Below are positions 46,916-57,574 of a stretch of 64,000 nucleotides of DNA, piece after piece. The notes beneath the pieces are model-generated. The model had not been told where the DNA came from. It did no database searches and saw nothing but the letters and a program-made list of their open reading frames with translations. This DNA comes from Blepharisma stoltei ATCC 30299. Taxonomy: Eukaryota > Protista > Ciliophora. Position 1 is the stretch's first letter; every line of letters begins with the position of its first letter. Position numbers and translations under genes: made by a program. The stretch lies in NCBI GenBank assembly GCA_965603825.1, contig CBFDEM010000034.1, forward strand, positions 124,001 to 188,000, written 5' to 3'.

Positions 46916-48937
46916 ATGTCTGAAGTTCCTAATCTCAGTAAATTAGCTGATGGGATTCCTTTAGACTCTTTATCTCAGTCTTTCATTCTAGACACCTCGG
47001 TCCCCCACGCTCCAAATCGCAGGCCAAATCTGACTCCTTCCGAGTTCAAGCAAGCTATTAAAAACGCTTTACGTTATTTTCCAAAATCTCTCCATCAACA
47101 ACTCGCACAAGAATTTGCAGAAGAGCTTCGAATCCGTGGGCATATCTGGATGCCAAAACTTCGTCCTCTTGACTACCCAATGCAAGCCTATCCTATTCAC
47201 TATTACCCAGCCAAAATCCCACAAGCTCGTGCAATCCAAATGATGATTATGAATAACCTTGACCCCAAAGTCGCCCAGTTCCCTCATGAGCTTATCACAT
47301 ATGGTGGAAATGGTTCAGTCTTTTCCAACTGGGCTCAATTCCATTTAGTCATGAAATATCTCTCCGAAATGGAAGAAGACCAAACCCTAGTCATGTATAG
47401 TGGCCATCCTATGGGCTTATTCCCCAGTCATAAGGATGCCCCACGTGTCGTGATCACAAATGGCCAAGTTGTGTTTAATTATTCCTCAAAAGAGCTATAT
47501 GAAAAATTTTACGCAATGGGATTTACTATGTATGGACAAATGACAGCTGGAAGCTACTGCTATATCGGCCCACAAGGAATCGTCCATGGCACAGCTTTGA
47601 CTGTATTAAATGCTTCAAGACTTTATTTACAAAGCAACGATTTGACTGGAAAAGTTTTTGTCACTTCTGGATTAGGAGGAATGAGTGGCGCTCAGCCTAA
47701 AGCTGGGACGATTTGTGGGTGTATTACAGTTGTAGCAGAAGTTGATGAAACTGCTTTACTTAAAAGATTAAACCAAGGCTGGATTAAAGAAATGACAAGA
47801 ACAGTTCCTGAGACTATTGCTAGAATCAAGGCTGCAAAAGCTAATAGAGAAGTCACAAGCATTGCATTTTTAGGAAATGTTGTTGACCTATGGGAAGGCT
47901 TAGCAAATGAAGAAGAAATGCTTGTGGAGCTTGGCTCTGACCAAACTAGTTTACATAATCCTTATTGTGGAGGATACTACCCTGCACAAGTTTCTTATAG
48001 CGAAGCCAAAGAAATGATCGCTAATGACCCAGAAAGGTTCAAAGAACTAGTTCAAGAAAGTTTGAGAAGACAAGTGGTTGCGATCAATAAGTTAACTGAA
48101 AGAGGAATGAAATTCTGGGATTATGGGAATTCGTTTTTGTTAGAGGCCAGTAGGGCACAAGCTGATGTTTGGAATCCAGCTGATAATACAAAATTTAAAT
48201 ATCCATCATATGTTGAAGATATCATGGGGAATATTTTTTCTTTAGGATTTGGCCCGTTTAGATGGATCTGTAGCAGCTGTGACCCAAATGACCTTAGAAC
48301 TACTGATACCATTGCAGCTGAAGTTATTACAACTTTAATGAATTTGCCTGATTGCCCAGAAGAATCTAAGCAGCAATATGAAGACAACTTAAAATGGATT
48401 CAGAGAGCTGAAGAAAATAAGTTAGTAGTAGGCTCACAAGCCAGAATTTTATATTCAGATGCTTTGGGAAGAGTTGAAATTGCACTAAAATTCAATCAAG
48501 CTATTAGAGAAGGGAGAATTTCAGGCCCTGTAGTATTGTCAAGAGATCATCATGATGTATCAGGTGCAGATTCCCCTTATAGAGAAACCTCAAATATAAC
48601 TGATGGGTCGAAGTTTACCGCCGATATGGCCGTGCAGACTGTTATTGGAAATTCTTTTAGAGGAGCAACTTGGGTTGCTTTACATAATGGAGGAGGTGTC
48701 GGATGGGGTGAAGTCATGAACTGTGGATTTGGAATGGTGCTTGATGGAAGTGAAGATGCTGACACAAGAGCTAAATTGATGCTCAATTGGGATGTAGCAA
48801 ATGGATTGGCAAGAAGATGCTGGAGTGGGCATCCATATGCAAGAATGACTATACAAAGACTTATGGCTGAAGACACAAAACTCAAAGTAACACTTCCCAA
48901 CAATGTTGATGAAAATTTAGATATTCCTTCTTCTTAA
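46916..48937 (+). CDS. UROC1: Urocanate hydratase, long eukaryotic type
   Basis: NNLDP.VAQFPHEL.TYGG, GQMTAGS, GLGGMSGAQ, SDQTS.HN, RDHHDVSG, HNGGGVGWG. Confidence 0.97.
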   Translation: MSEVPNLSKLADGIPLDSLSQSFILDTSVPHAPNRRPNLTPSEFKQAIKNALRYFPKSLHQQLAQEFAEELRIRGHIWMPKLRPLDYPMQAYPIHYYPAKIPQARAIQMMIMNNLDPKVAQFPHELITYGGNGSVFSNWAQFHLVMKYLSEMEEDQTLVMYSGHPMGLFPSHKDAPRVVITNGQVVFNYSSKELYEKFYAMGFTMYGQMTAGSYCYIGPQGIVHGTALTVLNASRLYLQSNDLTGKVFVTSGLGGMSGAQPKAGTICGCITVVAEVDETALLKRLNQGWIKEMTRTVPETIARIKAAKANREVTSIAFLGNVVDLWEGLANEEEMLVELGSDQTSLHNPYCGGYYPAQVSYSEAKEMIANDPERFKELVQESLRRQVVAINKLTERGMKFWDYGNSFLLEASRAQADVWNPADNTKFKYPSYVEDIMGNIFSLGFGPFRWICSSCDPNDLRTTDTIAAEVITTLMNLPDCPEESKQQYEDNLKWIQRAEENKLVVGSQARILYSDALGRVEIALKFNQAIREGRISGPVVLSRDHHDVSGADSPYRETSNITDGSKFTADMAVQTVIGNSFRGATWVALHNGGGVGWGEVMNCGFGMVLDGSEDADTRAKLMLNWDVANGLARRCWSGHPYARMTIQRLMAEDTKLKVTLPNNVDENLDIPSS

Positions 48938-49033
48938 TTAATCTATCAGCCTTTTGCTAATAAATAAGATACAATTTTGCTTAGCTTGCAAATAATAGAA
49001 TTTTTGAGTTTACTTAATTTTATTATTAAAACT

Positions 49034-49623
49034 ATGGTAAAACAAGTGGAGGAATACCAAGAAGAAGATCAAAGTGAAAAGACAGAAGAAGACCAAAACG
49101 AGCTTCTAGAAGAAGATCAAAATGAGCAGCCAGAAGAAAACAAAGAGCCTGCTTCATTTTTCCACAGTTTTTCAAAGATCTTAAATGCAAAAATTCCAGA
49201 AAACCAGCCAGCAATTCTCTATAAATACAAAACTCCTGAAAATAAAATTGCTGAGCAAAACCGTGAATACAAACAAAAACAGGCACAGAAAGCTGAAAAG
49301 GAAAAAGAAGAAAAACTTAACTATAATAAAATCACAGATGTTGTAAAAGAAAAACAATTAAAGCAAGTTGCACTTGCTGGAGGTAAAAAATAATTTAGTC
49401 GTCAAGCTATTCAATCAAATCACTTCTAGAAAAATCGGCCATGCTGTGAAGAAAGAAAAAGAGAATTCGAGAAAGCAATGTAATGGGCTATTTAGCTGAG
49501 AGATTTAAAAGAAGAATTAAAGGCTTGTCTGAAAATGAGCATACAAGGAAGATTATTAAATACGCAGTTGAGCCACCAAAATGGAATGTCTTGAAAGATG
49601 ATTTCATGAACGAAACTAAATAA
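49034..49623 (+). CDS. RRP15: RRP15-like ribosome biogenesis protein; two 16-nt introns
   Basis: After splicing: EKQLKQVALAGVVKLFNQI ... KWNVLKDDFM; acidic N-terminus; 186 codons. Confidence 0.8.
49383..49398 (+). other. 16-nt intron GTAAAAAATAATTTAG
   Basis: Removal restores the GVVKLFN motif. Confidence 0.88.
49480..49495 (+). other. 16-nt intron GTAATGGGCTATTTAG
   Basis: Removal restores the frame to WNVLKDDFM. Confidence 0.85.
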
Positions 49624-49950
49624 ACACAAAAGCCATCTAGTCTTTTAAAATAACATAACAGACTTCTTAATGTTTTTTATTTATGGTTTTATCCTTAAGA
49701 TTAGATTTTTGGAATCAAATCCATAATATTTATTATATTTAGACAAAAATTGATTTATTTATAATTTTAATTATGCATGGGTACCAAATTAAGCCAAATT
49801 TAGAAATCATTAATCAATTTTAGCAATTGACAAACTATTTTCATGATTCCTAATTTTTTCTAAAATAGTCACAATTTCATTTCTTAATTTATTCTCTATC
49901 ACATTTTATCGTCTATATAATAAAGATTCTTAAGACCTGATTGTTTATAA

Positions 49951-51246
49951 ATGCTATTATATATCATCATAGCATTTCTTTTCGTAGTCTATTTTGCAAT
50001 AGGAGTAATGCTGTATAAACGAAGGACCGAAAGAAATATAAAATCAAGATCTCCAGTACTCATATACATTACACACTGGTCAAACCTAATAGAAACATTA
50101 CTTGCAATTCCTATCCTAACCCCAAAAGACTTTAATTTATACGATCTTGACTATTACGAAAATCGTCTCTATCAAGATTCAGCCCTTATTTCTCATTATC
50201 TTGTATTTTTTCCTTATATCTTGAGATGCTACAGATTATATTTTGTATTCCACTTAGATAAAGATTGAGAAATCCAAAACAACATGTTTAAAGAGAATAT
50301 TCATAGGACTCGACAAAGATGACTTGTCAAAATGCTCTGTTTTTGCATGATTCCTATAATACTTATATCTGTTGTATTTTTATTTTGGCCAAATGCAAGT
50401 GAAATTTTCCCGTTAAATCTAAGTAGGCCTTCTAATAATGGTATAGATATTCCAGACTGCGTTTATATCATGGCATGCTTCACCGAGCAGCTGGTTTTGA
50501 TAATTGGGATTTATCTAATAAAAGACGTAAGCGATGACTTTAACATGAGTAATGAGCTTATATATGTTGGTTTCATATGATTTTTGACACCAGCATTTTC
50601 TATCTATATTAGATCTTATCAAATAGTTTGGGGAATTCCTTATATTTTAAGAAATATTTTACTTATGCTAAGATCATCTTTAGTACCAATTATTTGTTCA
50701 TATTTCAATAAGCCTTTATTTGAGCCTCTTACTATAGAAATGTTAAATTCATTAGAGCTAACTTTACAAAATGCAGCGACTTTGGAAGCTTTTGAAGAGT
50801 TTCTCAAGCTTGAAGAACTCACCACAACCAAAAGCTTCGGGTCAATAAATACAGGATCAGGGTTAAGCTTGCTTGAGTTTTATTTAAAGTGTAGGCTATT
50901 TGCAAATAATGGAAGCTCACAGCTAGCTGAGAACATATTTTCTGAGTATTTGGAAAATAAAGTGGTTCATATCCCTGCTGAGATTTACCTTGAAATAGAA
51001 GATGGTGATTTTACTGATGCTAATTTATTTAATAAGGCTGAAAGTGTTGTGATTGAGAAATTAAAGTCATATTTTTATCCAAAATTTATGGCTAGCGATC
51101 AGTACCTCTTCCTGAAAAGGTTAATACATAGACAAGAAATTTATCAATTTAGGTTGATGCAGACTTCTCTTCATGAGTTTCAAATTAATGAGCATAAAAA
51201 AATGGTCGTTGAATGCGATGATTGGCCTGTACCTACCCTTGATTAG
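49951..51246 (+). CDS. 7TM-RGS protein; 3 TGA=Trp
   Basis: Seven hydrophobic segments (IKSRSP, LRCYRLY, DDFNMSNEL loops), then RGS-like AFEEFLKLE..LLEFY..AENIFSEYL..LFNKAE..YPKFMASDQY; TGA 50266, 50320, 50578. Confidence 0.85.
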
Positions 51247-51331
51247 AATGATAAATTAATTTTATGTTTTATCCAGATTAGAAATAAAATATTAAAAAGT
51301 CCAAGAATTTTAATAAATAATTCAAAATTTA

Positions 51332-53011
51332 TTATGCGAAATTAGAAGGACGTCTTCTTTCAGACGTGTCTTTATGCTTTATTTTATTTTGAAATCTGGC
51401 ATACTCTTCGGGGAATATTTGAATAGATCTTCTTTGCAATCGGTTAATGTTTTTCGGAGAAGGGCAATCGTCTTGAATTTTGTTTATGGCATAGAAATGA
51501 ATAACTTGCACGACACGCTTTTTTAACAAATTTTCATTCGAGTATAAAATAAAAGTCGGAACTTGAGGGTAGACTCATTCAGTTGGCTCCTCAATAATAT
51601 TTTCTGAGAGTAAGGCATCAAATTCAATTTCTTTCAATTCTCTTTCTTTATACTCATCAATTTCTCGGCATTTAGCTTTATATTTATTAAATTTTTCAAT
51701 ATATAATTTTGCTTGGTTTCGATAGTATTTTTGAAGATTTTCTTCAATCACTTTTTGCGGCATTAATTTTTCGGGCCTATCGACTTTTATTTTTCCGTTT
51801 TTTCGGTATTTTTTTATTAGATTTGATTGAATTTTTACTCATAATAGCATCAAGGCATGAAATCTTGCTTTCTTAATATCAATAATACTGTTCAGGCCTA
51901 CTTGCAATGCTTTTTTATATTTTCAATATTGAGTCATAAGCGTGAGAAAGGTATTTTGGTTCTTTTTCCTCTTAAAGATTTCATTATTCAAAATTTTCAA
52001 GTGTAAAGACCTTCTGTTGTTTACCCATTTTTTTATTCTCATAACATTTTTGCTTAATTTTCACATAAGATTAAGTCTTCTATTCTTCAATAAACATAGC
52101 TTTAGTTTTCCTAAAATTCTTGATATTAAATAAAGAAATGAAATTTGTTTTTTTACTCTAGCTCGTCTTCTCTAAATATTGGTTACCTTCTTTCCTTCTG
52201 TTTTATAGTATATAATAGTATGCAGCCCAATAATTGATGATAGAATAATCCATGATGTATAAATCTGTTTAAATTCTGCCCTTTTTTCATTGAACATGAA
52301 TCTTTGCATTTTATACTTCAATCTGTTTTCTTTTGTTTCTCTATTTATCTTGTCTATCCTCTTCTTTGCTTCTTTTACAGTTTCAAGTGTAATATTGTGC
52401 TTATTTGCCTTTTCGCAATGTATTTTTGACTTTTTCTCAGGTAAATATTGAGTCATGTCTTGGTTTCTTTCGCTTATTTTATTTGAAAAGCTTAAATTCC
52501 TCCTCCTTCTCTTACTTAAAAACCATTCAACTTTGCCTTCAAAAGATTCTTCAAATCTAGACTCAATAGGGAAATATCCTCCTGAAATTGTTTGCTTTTG
52601 ACTTGGTGAATAATCTCCAGGTCCCAAGTTAATCCTAAAAGCAGGACCTCTAAATTTAGCTTTTTTATATGGTATTGGAAATACTTCCCTTTTTAATCTA
52701 AAACTTATTTCTTTATTTCCAGACCTAGGTGACGGTGTTCCTAAAAGATTTGTAATTTTTGTTTTTTCTTTAATTAAATCTTCTTTTTCAAACTTGAATT
52801 CAGGAACTTTTAGCATATCATATTGGGAAAACTTTAATTCAAGCTCTTCAAATTCCCCTAATAAAGAATTATTTCTTATACGCTTCGAATTTAAGTTAGA
52901 AGTCCCAGAATTCGATGAACGACAGCAAGATAAATAGGCTGATAAGTATTGATCCTTATCAGATTCTGTATACACATATAAATGCTCCAGGTCCAAGTGA
53001 TTTTTGGACAT
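51332..53011 (-). CDS. Basic hypothetical protein, tandem paralog A; one 15-nt intron, 4 TGA
   Basis: Three ORFs join into 555 codons; single SHIPPO/STPG-like GPGDYSP motif; colinear with paralog B. Confidence 0.8.
52172..52186 (-). other. 15-nt intron GTAACCAATATTTAG
   Basis: GT..TAG, conserved at the same position in paralog B. Confidence 0.88.
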
Positions 53012-53281
53012 TTATAGAAGAAGTAATGAAAAGATGTTGCCAAATTTCTAATAATCGGATGCGCTATCTCAACGTTATTAAAATGTAGAGTTTAATATAA
53101 TCTATTAAAAAAGATTAATAATTACTTAATTCTTATGAAGAAATAGTCAACAATTTTTTTAAAACTGTTATTTGAAGAAATTTGAAAGAACTATTAATTT
53201 AATTCTTTAATTTATGCTTTTAAAAGCAAGGTAATTAACTAGATTTAATGAAGATACACTGGATTACAATTTTTTTTCGGG

Positions 53282-53367
53282 TTCAACATGTTGAAAAAAT
53301 CTTTCTAATTGTGAAACAAAATTCCTACGCCTGTAATCTCCATCCTTTAACGGTTCAACATGTTGAA
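53282..53367. repeat. Two copies of the perfect 14-bp palindrome TTCAACATGTTGAA (53282-53295 and 53354-53367)
   Basis: Read directly; both are preceded by GG; period 72 bp. Confidence 0.9.
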
Positions 53368-53494
53368 TTTGGTCATGGACAAAATTTGTGTATCAGATAA
53401 TGCAAATTTGTTGAAATCCGATTCACAAAGCCTTCGAACATTGATGAATTAAGCTAAGCAAATAAAATAATTAAAAATTTAAATAATTCAAAAT

Positions 53495-55186
53495 TTATAA
53501 TGCAAAATTAGAAGGTCGCCTTCTATCAGTTTCATCTTTATATCTTATTTTATTTTGGAATCTGGCATATTCTTCAGGATATATTTGAACTGATCTTCTT
53601 TGGAATCTATTTTTGCCTTTTGGAGATGGGAAATCGTCTTGGATTTTACTTACTGCATAGAAATGGATAACTTGCATCACACGTTTTTTCAACAAATTTT
53701 CATTCGAGTACAAAACAAAAGTAGGCGCTTGAGGGCTTATACATTCGGTTATCTCATAAATAATATTCTCTGAAAGTAAAGCATCAAATTCGATTTCCTT
53801 TAATTCCCTTTCTTTATATTCGTCTGCTTCCCGGCACTCTGCTTTATATTTATTATATTTTTCTAAATATGATTTTGCTTGAGCTTGAAAGTATTTTTGA
53901 AGATTTTCTTCAATTACTTTTTGAGGTATCAATTTTTCTGGCTTATCAACTTTTATTTTTCCAGATTTTCGGTATTTTTTTATTAGATTTGATTGAATTT
54001 TTACTCATAGCAAACCTAATGCATGAAATCTTGCCCTTTTTATTTCAATTATCCTTTTTAAACCTATTTGCAATGTTCTTTTATATTTTCAATATTGAGC
54101 CATAAGTTGAAGAAGAGTATTTTGATTATTCGATCTTTTAAAGATTTCAGTATCCAAAATTTTTAAGAGTAAAGACCTTCGGTTATTTACCCATTTTTTT
54201 ATCCTCATAGCATTCTTGCTTAATTTTCAGATAAGATTTATTCTTCTATTCTTCACTAAGGATAACTTTAGTTTTCCTAAAATTCTTGATATTAAACAAA
54301 AAAATGAAATTTGTTTTCTTACTTGACCTCGCCTTCTCTAAATATTGTTTACCTTTCTTCCTTCAGTTTTATAATAGAAAATAGTATGTAGACCAACAAT
54401 AGATGCCAGAGCAATCCATGATATATATATCTGTTTAAATTCTGTCCTTTTTTCATTAAACATAAATCTTTTCATTTTATATTTTAATTTGCCTTCTTTT
54501 GCTTCTCTATTCATCTTATCTATCCTCCTCTTTGCCTCTCGTACAGTTTCAAGTGTAATATTGTGCTTATGCACTTTTTCACAATGTATTTTTGATTTTT
54601 TTTCTGGCAAATACTGAGTCATATCTTGATTTCTTTCACTTATTTTATTCGAAAAACTTAAATTCTTTTTCCTTCTTTTACTTAAAAACCATTCAACTTT
54701 GTCTTCAATAGATTCATCAAACCTGGGCTGAAGAGGGAAATATCCTCCTGAAATTGTTTTCTTTTGATCTGGCGAATAATCGCCAGGCCCTAAGTTAATA
54801 CAGTTAATGCTAAAAGTAGGGCTTCTGAATCTAGCTTTTATAAATGGTGTTGGAAGTAAATCCCTTTTTATTCTAAGACTAATATCTTTATTTCCAGATT
54901 CTGGAGAAGGTGTTGCCAAAAAATTAGTGATTTTTTTTATTTCTTTATTTAAATCTTCTTTTTCAATTCTAAATTCAGGAACTTTAATCATTTCATATTG
55001 GGAGAACTTTATTTCAAGTTCTTCAAATTCTCCTAATAAAGAATTAGCTCTTATTCGTTTTGAATTTAAGCTAGAAATGCCAGAATTCGGTGAACGACTT
55101 CGAGATGAATAGGGAGATAAGTATTGGTCTTTATTCGATTCTGCATACATATATGTATGTCCTAGCTCTAAGCGATTGTTAGACAT
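53495..55186 (-). CDS. Basic hypothetical protein, tandem paralog B; one 15-nt intron, 3 TGA
   Basis: ATG 55186 (MSNNRLEL) matches paralog A start (MSKNHLDL); 559 codons after splicing. Confidence 0.8.
54338..54352 (-). other. 15-nt intron GTAAACAATATTTAG
   Basis: GT..TAG, paralogous to 52172-52186. Confidence 0.88.
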
Positions 55187-55800
55187 ATTATAGGAAAAGT
55201 TATGAAAAGATGTCGTCAACTCAATAATTCTTTATTGAGATATCTGAACGTTAATAAAATGTTGAATCTACGAATTTTAATATTTTCAGTTAATATATTT
55301 TAAATCGACATTAAAAAATTATATTAATAATAATTTATTTATCACCCCTTAAGGAGTCAATTTTTCTCTTATTTTTTCAGCTCTTTCCAAAAACTCTTGA
55401 ATTTTTTGCTATAAATAACGTACAATTTTTAATTTTTTTAGTACAATTTCTTCAAATTTTCAGCTAAAAGCACCGCTTCTGTCAAACTCAACCCAAAAAT
55501 GAATTAAAAATTTTATCACGGCTAGGTTATGCTACTATATCATATTCATTCTCATATAGGATGGGGAGCAATAATTTATTAATTTTTCAAATAAAAACCG
55601 AATTTATGTGTTTAATAAGACACTATAATCATTACTTATAAAGAGATGAATGGAAAATGTCGACAATAGAGGAAAAAGTTTTTCAACATTTAAAAACCAA
55701 TTTCTATCTAATATAAAATTTTTACGGAGAAAAGCAGGGTGCATAAATAAGTACTTTCTGTAATAAAACATATTCTAAATGATAATTTAGATAATTTAAA

Positions 55801-56196
55801 ATGGCAGGCAAGAAGTTAAAAAAAGGGAAAAAGAAAAAGTTAGGAAAGAAGAAGCGAGAGTTGTTGCCGAATCTTTATGATGTACCAGATGTACCAGAAA
55901 TACCCAGAAATGCACTTCCTGTTGTAAGACTTAATATGAAACTGGTGAATCCACTTGGCTATCCCATGGATTTCCAGCTTGAAGTTCCTATAAATACAAA
56001 AGTCATGACAATCCATGATAAAATCGCTGAGCTGTATGGAGGTGCAGCAAGGGATATTTCTATTTCTCTCCATAAATATCGACCTGATGACCCAGCACCA
56101 CTAACTGCAAGCCTCATGGAGCTAGGACTGATTCAAAGTGGCGACGTCAACGTATTTTATGATTTTAAGCCTGTATCGCATCCTCTGCTTACATAA
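55801..56196 (+). CDS. Small protein with Lys-rich N-terminus and possible ubiquitin-like fold
   Basis: 131-aa ORF in AT-rich context; strand-strand-helix pattern VVRLNMKL..FQLEVPINTKVMTIHDKIAELYG. Confidence 0.65.
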   Translation: MAGKKLKKGKKKKLGKKKRELLPNLYDVPDVPEIPRNALPVVRLNMKLVNPLGYPMDFQLEVPINTKVMTIHDKIAELYGGAARDISISLHKYRPDDPAPLTASLMELGLIQSGDVNVFYDFKPVSHPLLT

Positions 56197-56298
56197 TTTA
56201 CTATAAAATATCTTGCTAATTATTACCTTATGCTAAATCTTACTATTCTTTAAATTTATACATTTATTCCTGTTCATAGTTACATCCTCATCTTGTTC

Positions 56299-56829
56299 TT
56301 AATAATCCTCATTCAAATCTTCAAGATCCCATATTTTTTTGCCTTCTCTCATTGAATCCTCTGAATTTCGCTTATTTTCTTCATTCAAATCTCTTTGTAT
56401 TTCATTAAATTTTTTTGGCTCAACTTGAAAGCTTTCTAAAGGGATACTAAGCTCATTTTCAATCAACCCCAGCAACTCTTTCTCCTCTTCAATTTGGCTA
56501 CTGATTTCTTTCATTCTTTTCGAAATTTCTCTATACTGGTCTAATGTTTTTTTAATCCTTGCTCTCATTGAAAACTTATGATCATAAATTTCTTCATAAG
56601 AAAACAAATCTCTGAATGCTTCTAATCTTTCTGCTTTTAAATGTAAAATTTCTTCTGACCCTCCAGTTGGTGAAGGTGACCTATTTGCAAATCTCTCATA
56701 GACAGTGCTTCTTTGCTTTACTTCTTTTACACTTTCAGACCTCTCATTGAAATGCTTATGGAAAATTGGTGTAAATCTTAAGCTTTTTTCCCTTTTCATA
56801 TCAGGCGTCATGTTCCGTTTAGCCTTCAT
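56299..56829 (-). CDS. Hypothetical coiled-coil protein
   Basis: 176-aa ORF, ATG to TAA, coding-like composition. Confidence 0.65.
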   Translation of the reverse strand: MKAKRNMTPDMKREKSLRFTPIFHKHFNERSESVKEVKQRSTVYERFANRSPSPTGGSEEILHLKAERLEAFRDLFSYEEIYDHKFSMRARIKKTLDQYREISKRMKEISSQIEEEKELLGLIENELSIPLESFQVEPKKFNEIQRDLNEENKRNSEDSMREGKKIWDLEDLNEDY

Positions 56830-56879
56830 TTATCATTATTCCTAGCAATTAAAATATTCCAACAATCTTTATTATAAAG

Positions 56880-57338
56880 ATGCAAATTTTTAGGCAGGCT
56901 TTACTCTTCTCAACTGGAGCTATTATAGGGTTAGCAACTACATGGAATCTTGATAAATACAATCTATGATACTTAAAAGAAGTCTTTCGCTTGAACAATG
57001 GAAGAGAATTTGACTATCTTTCAATCCCATCACCTTACGATAAAAGTTTAGAAGAAAGAAGAGAGACTTTTAGAGCTTTAATGGAAAAAAATGGGGCAAG
57101 CCACAGAGTTGTGCAGCTGATAGGGGATCTTAATGTACACATCTCTGAGTATAAGAGCCAGAATCAGGTTGAAGATATTGGTTCAAATCAAGAACTAGAG
57201 ATGCTAGAAGTGCTGTTTCGAAAGTATTATCCAGAGCTGTTTGATGAAAAGAGTGGGGCTGAGTTTGTGGCTTCATTGAAATTGAAGCTTCACTGTGATG
57301 ATCATCTTGTTCCTAAGCTTTTAAAAGTTCCTAATTAA
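56880..57338 (+). CDS. Hypothetical protein with N-terminal hydrophobic/targeting segment; 1 TGA=Trp
   Basis: ATG 56880 (MQIFRQALLFSTGAIIGLATTW) is in frame with ORF 56991..57338. Confidence 0.65.
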
Positions 57339-57574
57339 AAATAAAGATACTAGGATATTTGAGATTAAGAAAATCGCATTATCAATTATATATAAAATTT
57401 GCATATAATTAAGGTGAGAAGAAACCTTGGAAAATAAGTAATCAATATTACTGGATAAATCATATCTTATATTAACCAATATTATGATTAGAATTAAATT
57501 GGTTAATAAACAAATAGTTTGATTTTATTGTCTAAATTATCATTTAATTAATTAGATCTCTATACAAGTGATTG

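Noticed and set aside
41409-48937. HGD plus UROC1 as a metabolic or pigment gene cluster
   Set aside because: Different pathways (Tyr versus His catabolism) separated by unrelated genes; nothing else supports clustering
56925-56936. TAGGGTTAG as a telomeric repeat or chromosome breakage site
   Set aside because: A single short match inside a coding frame; no telomeric array anywhere in the window
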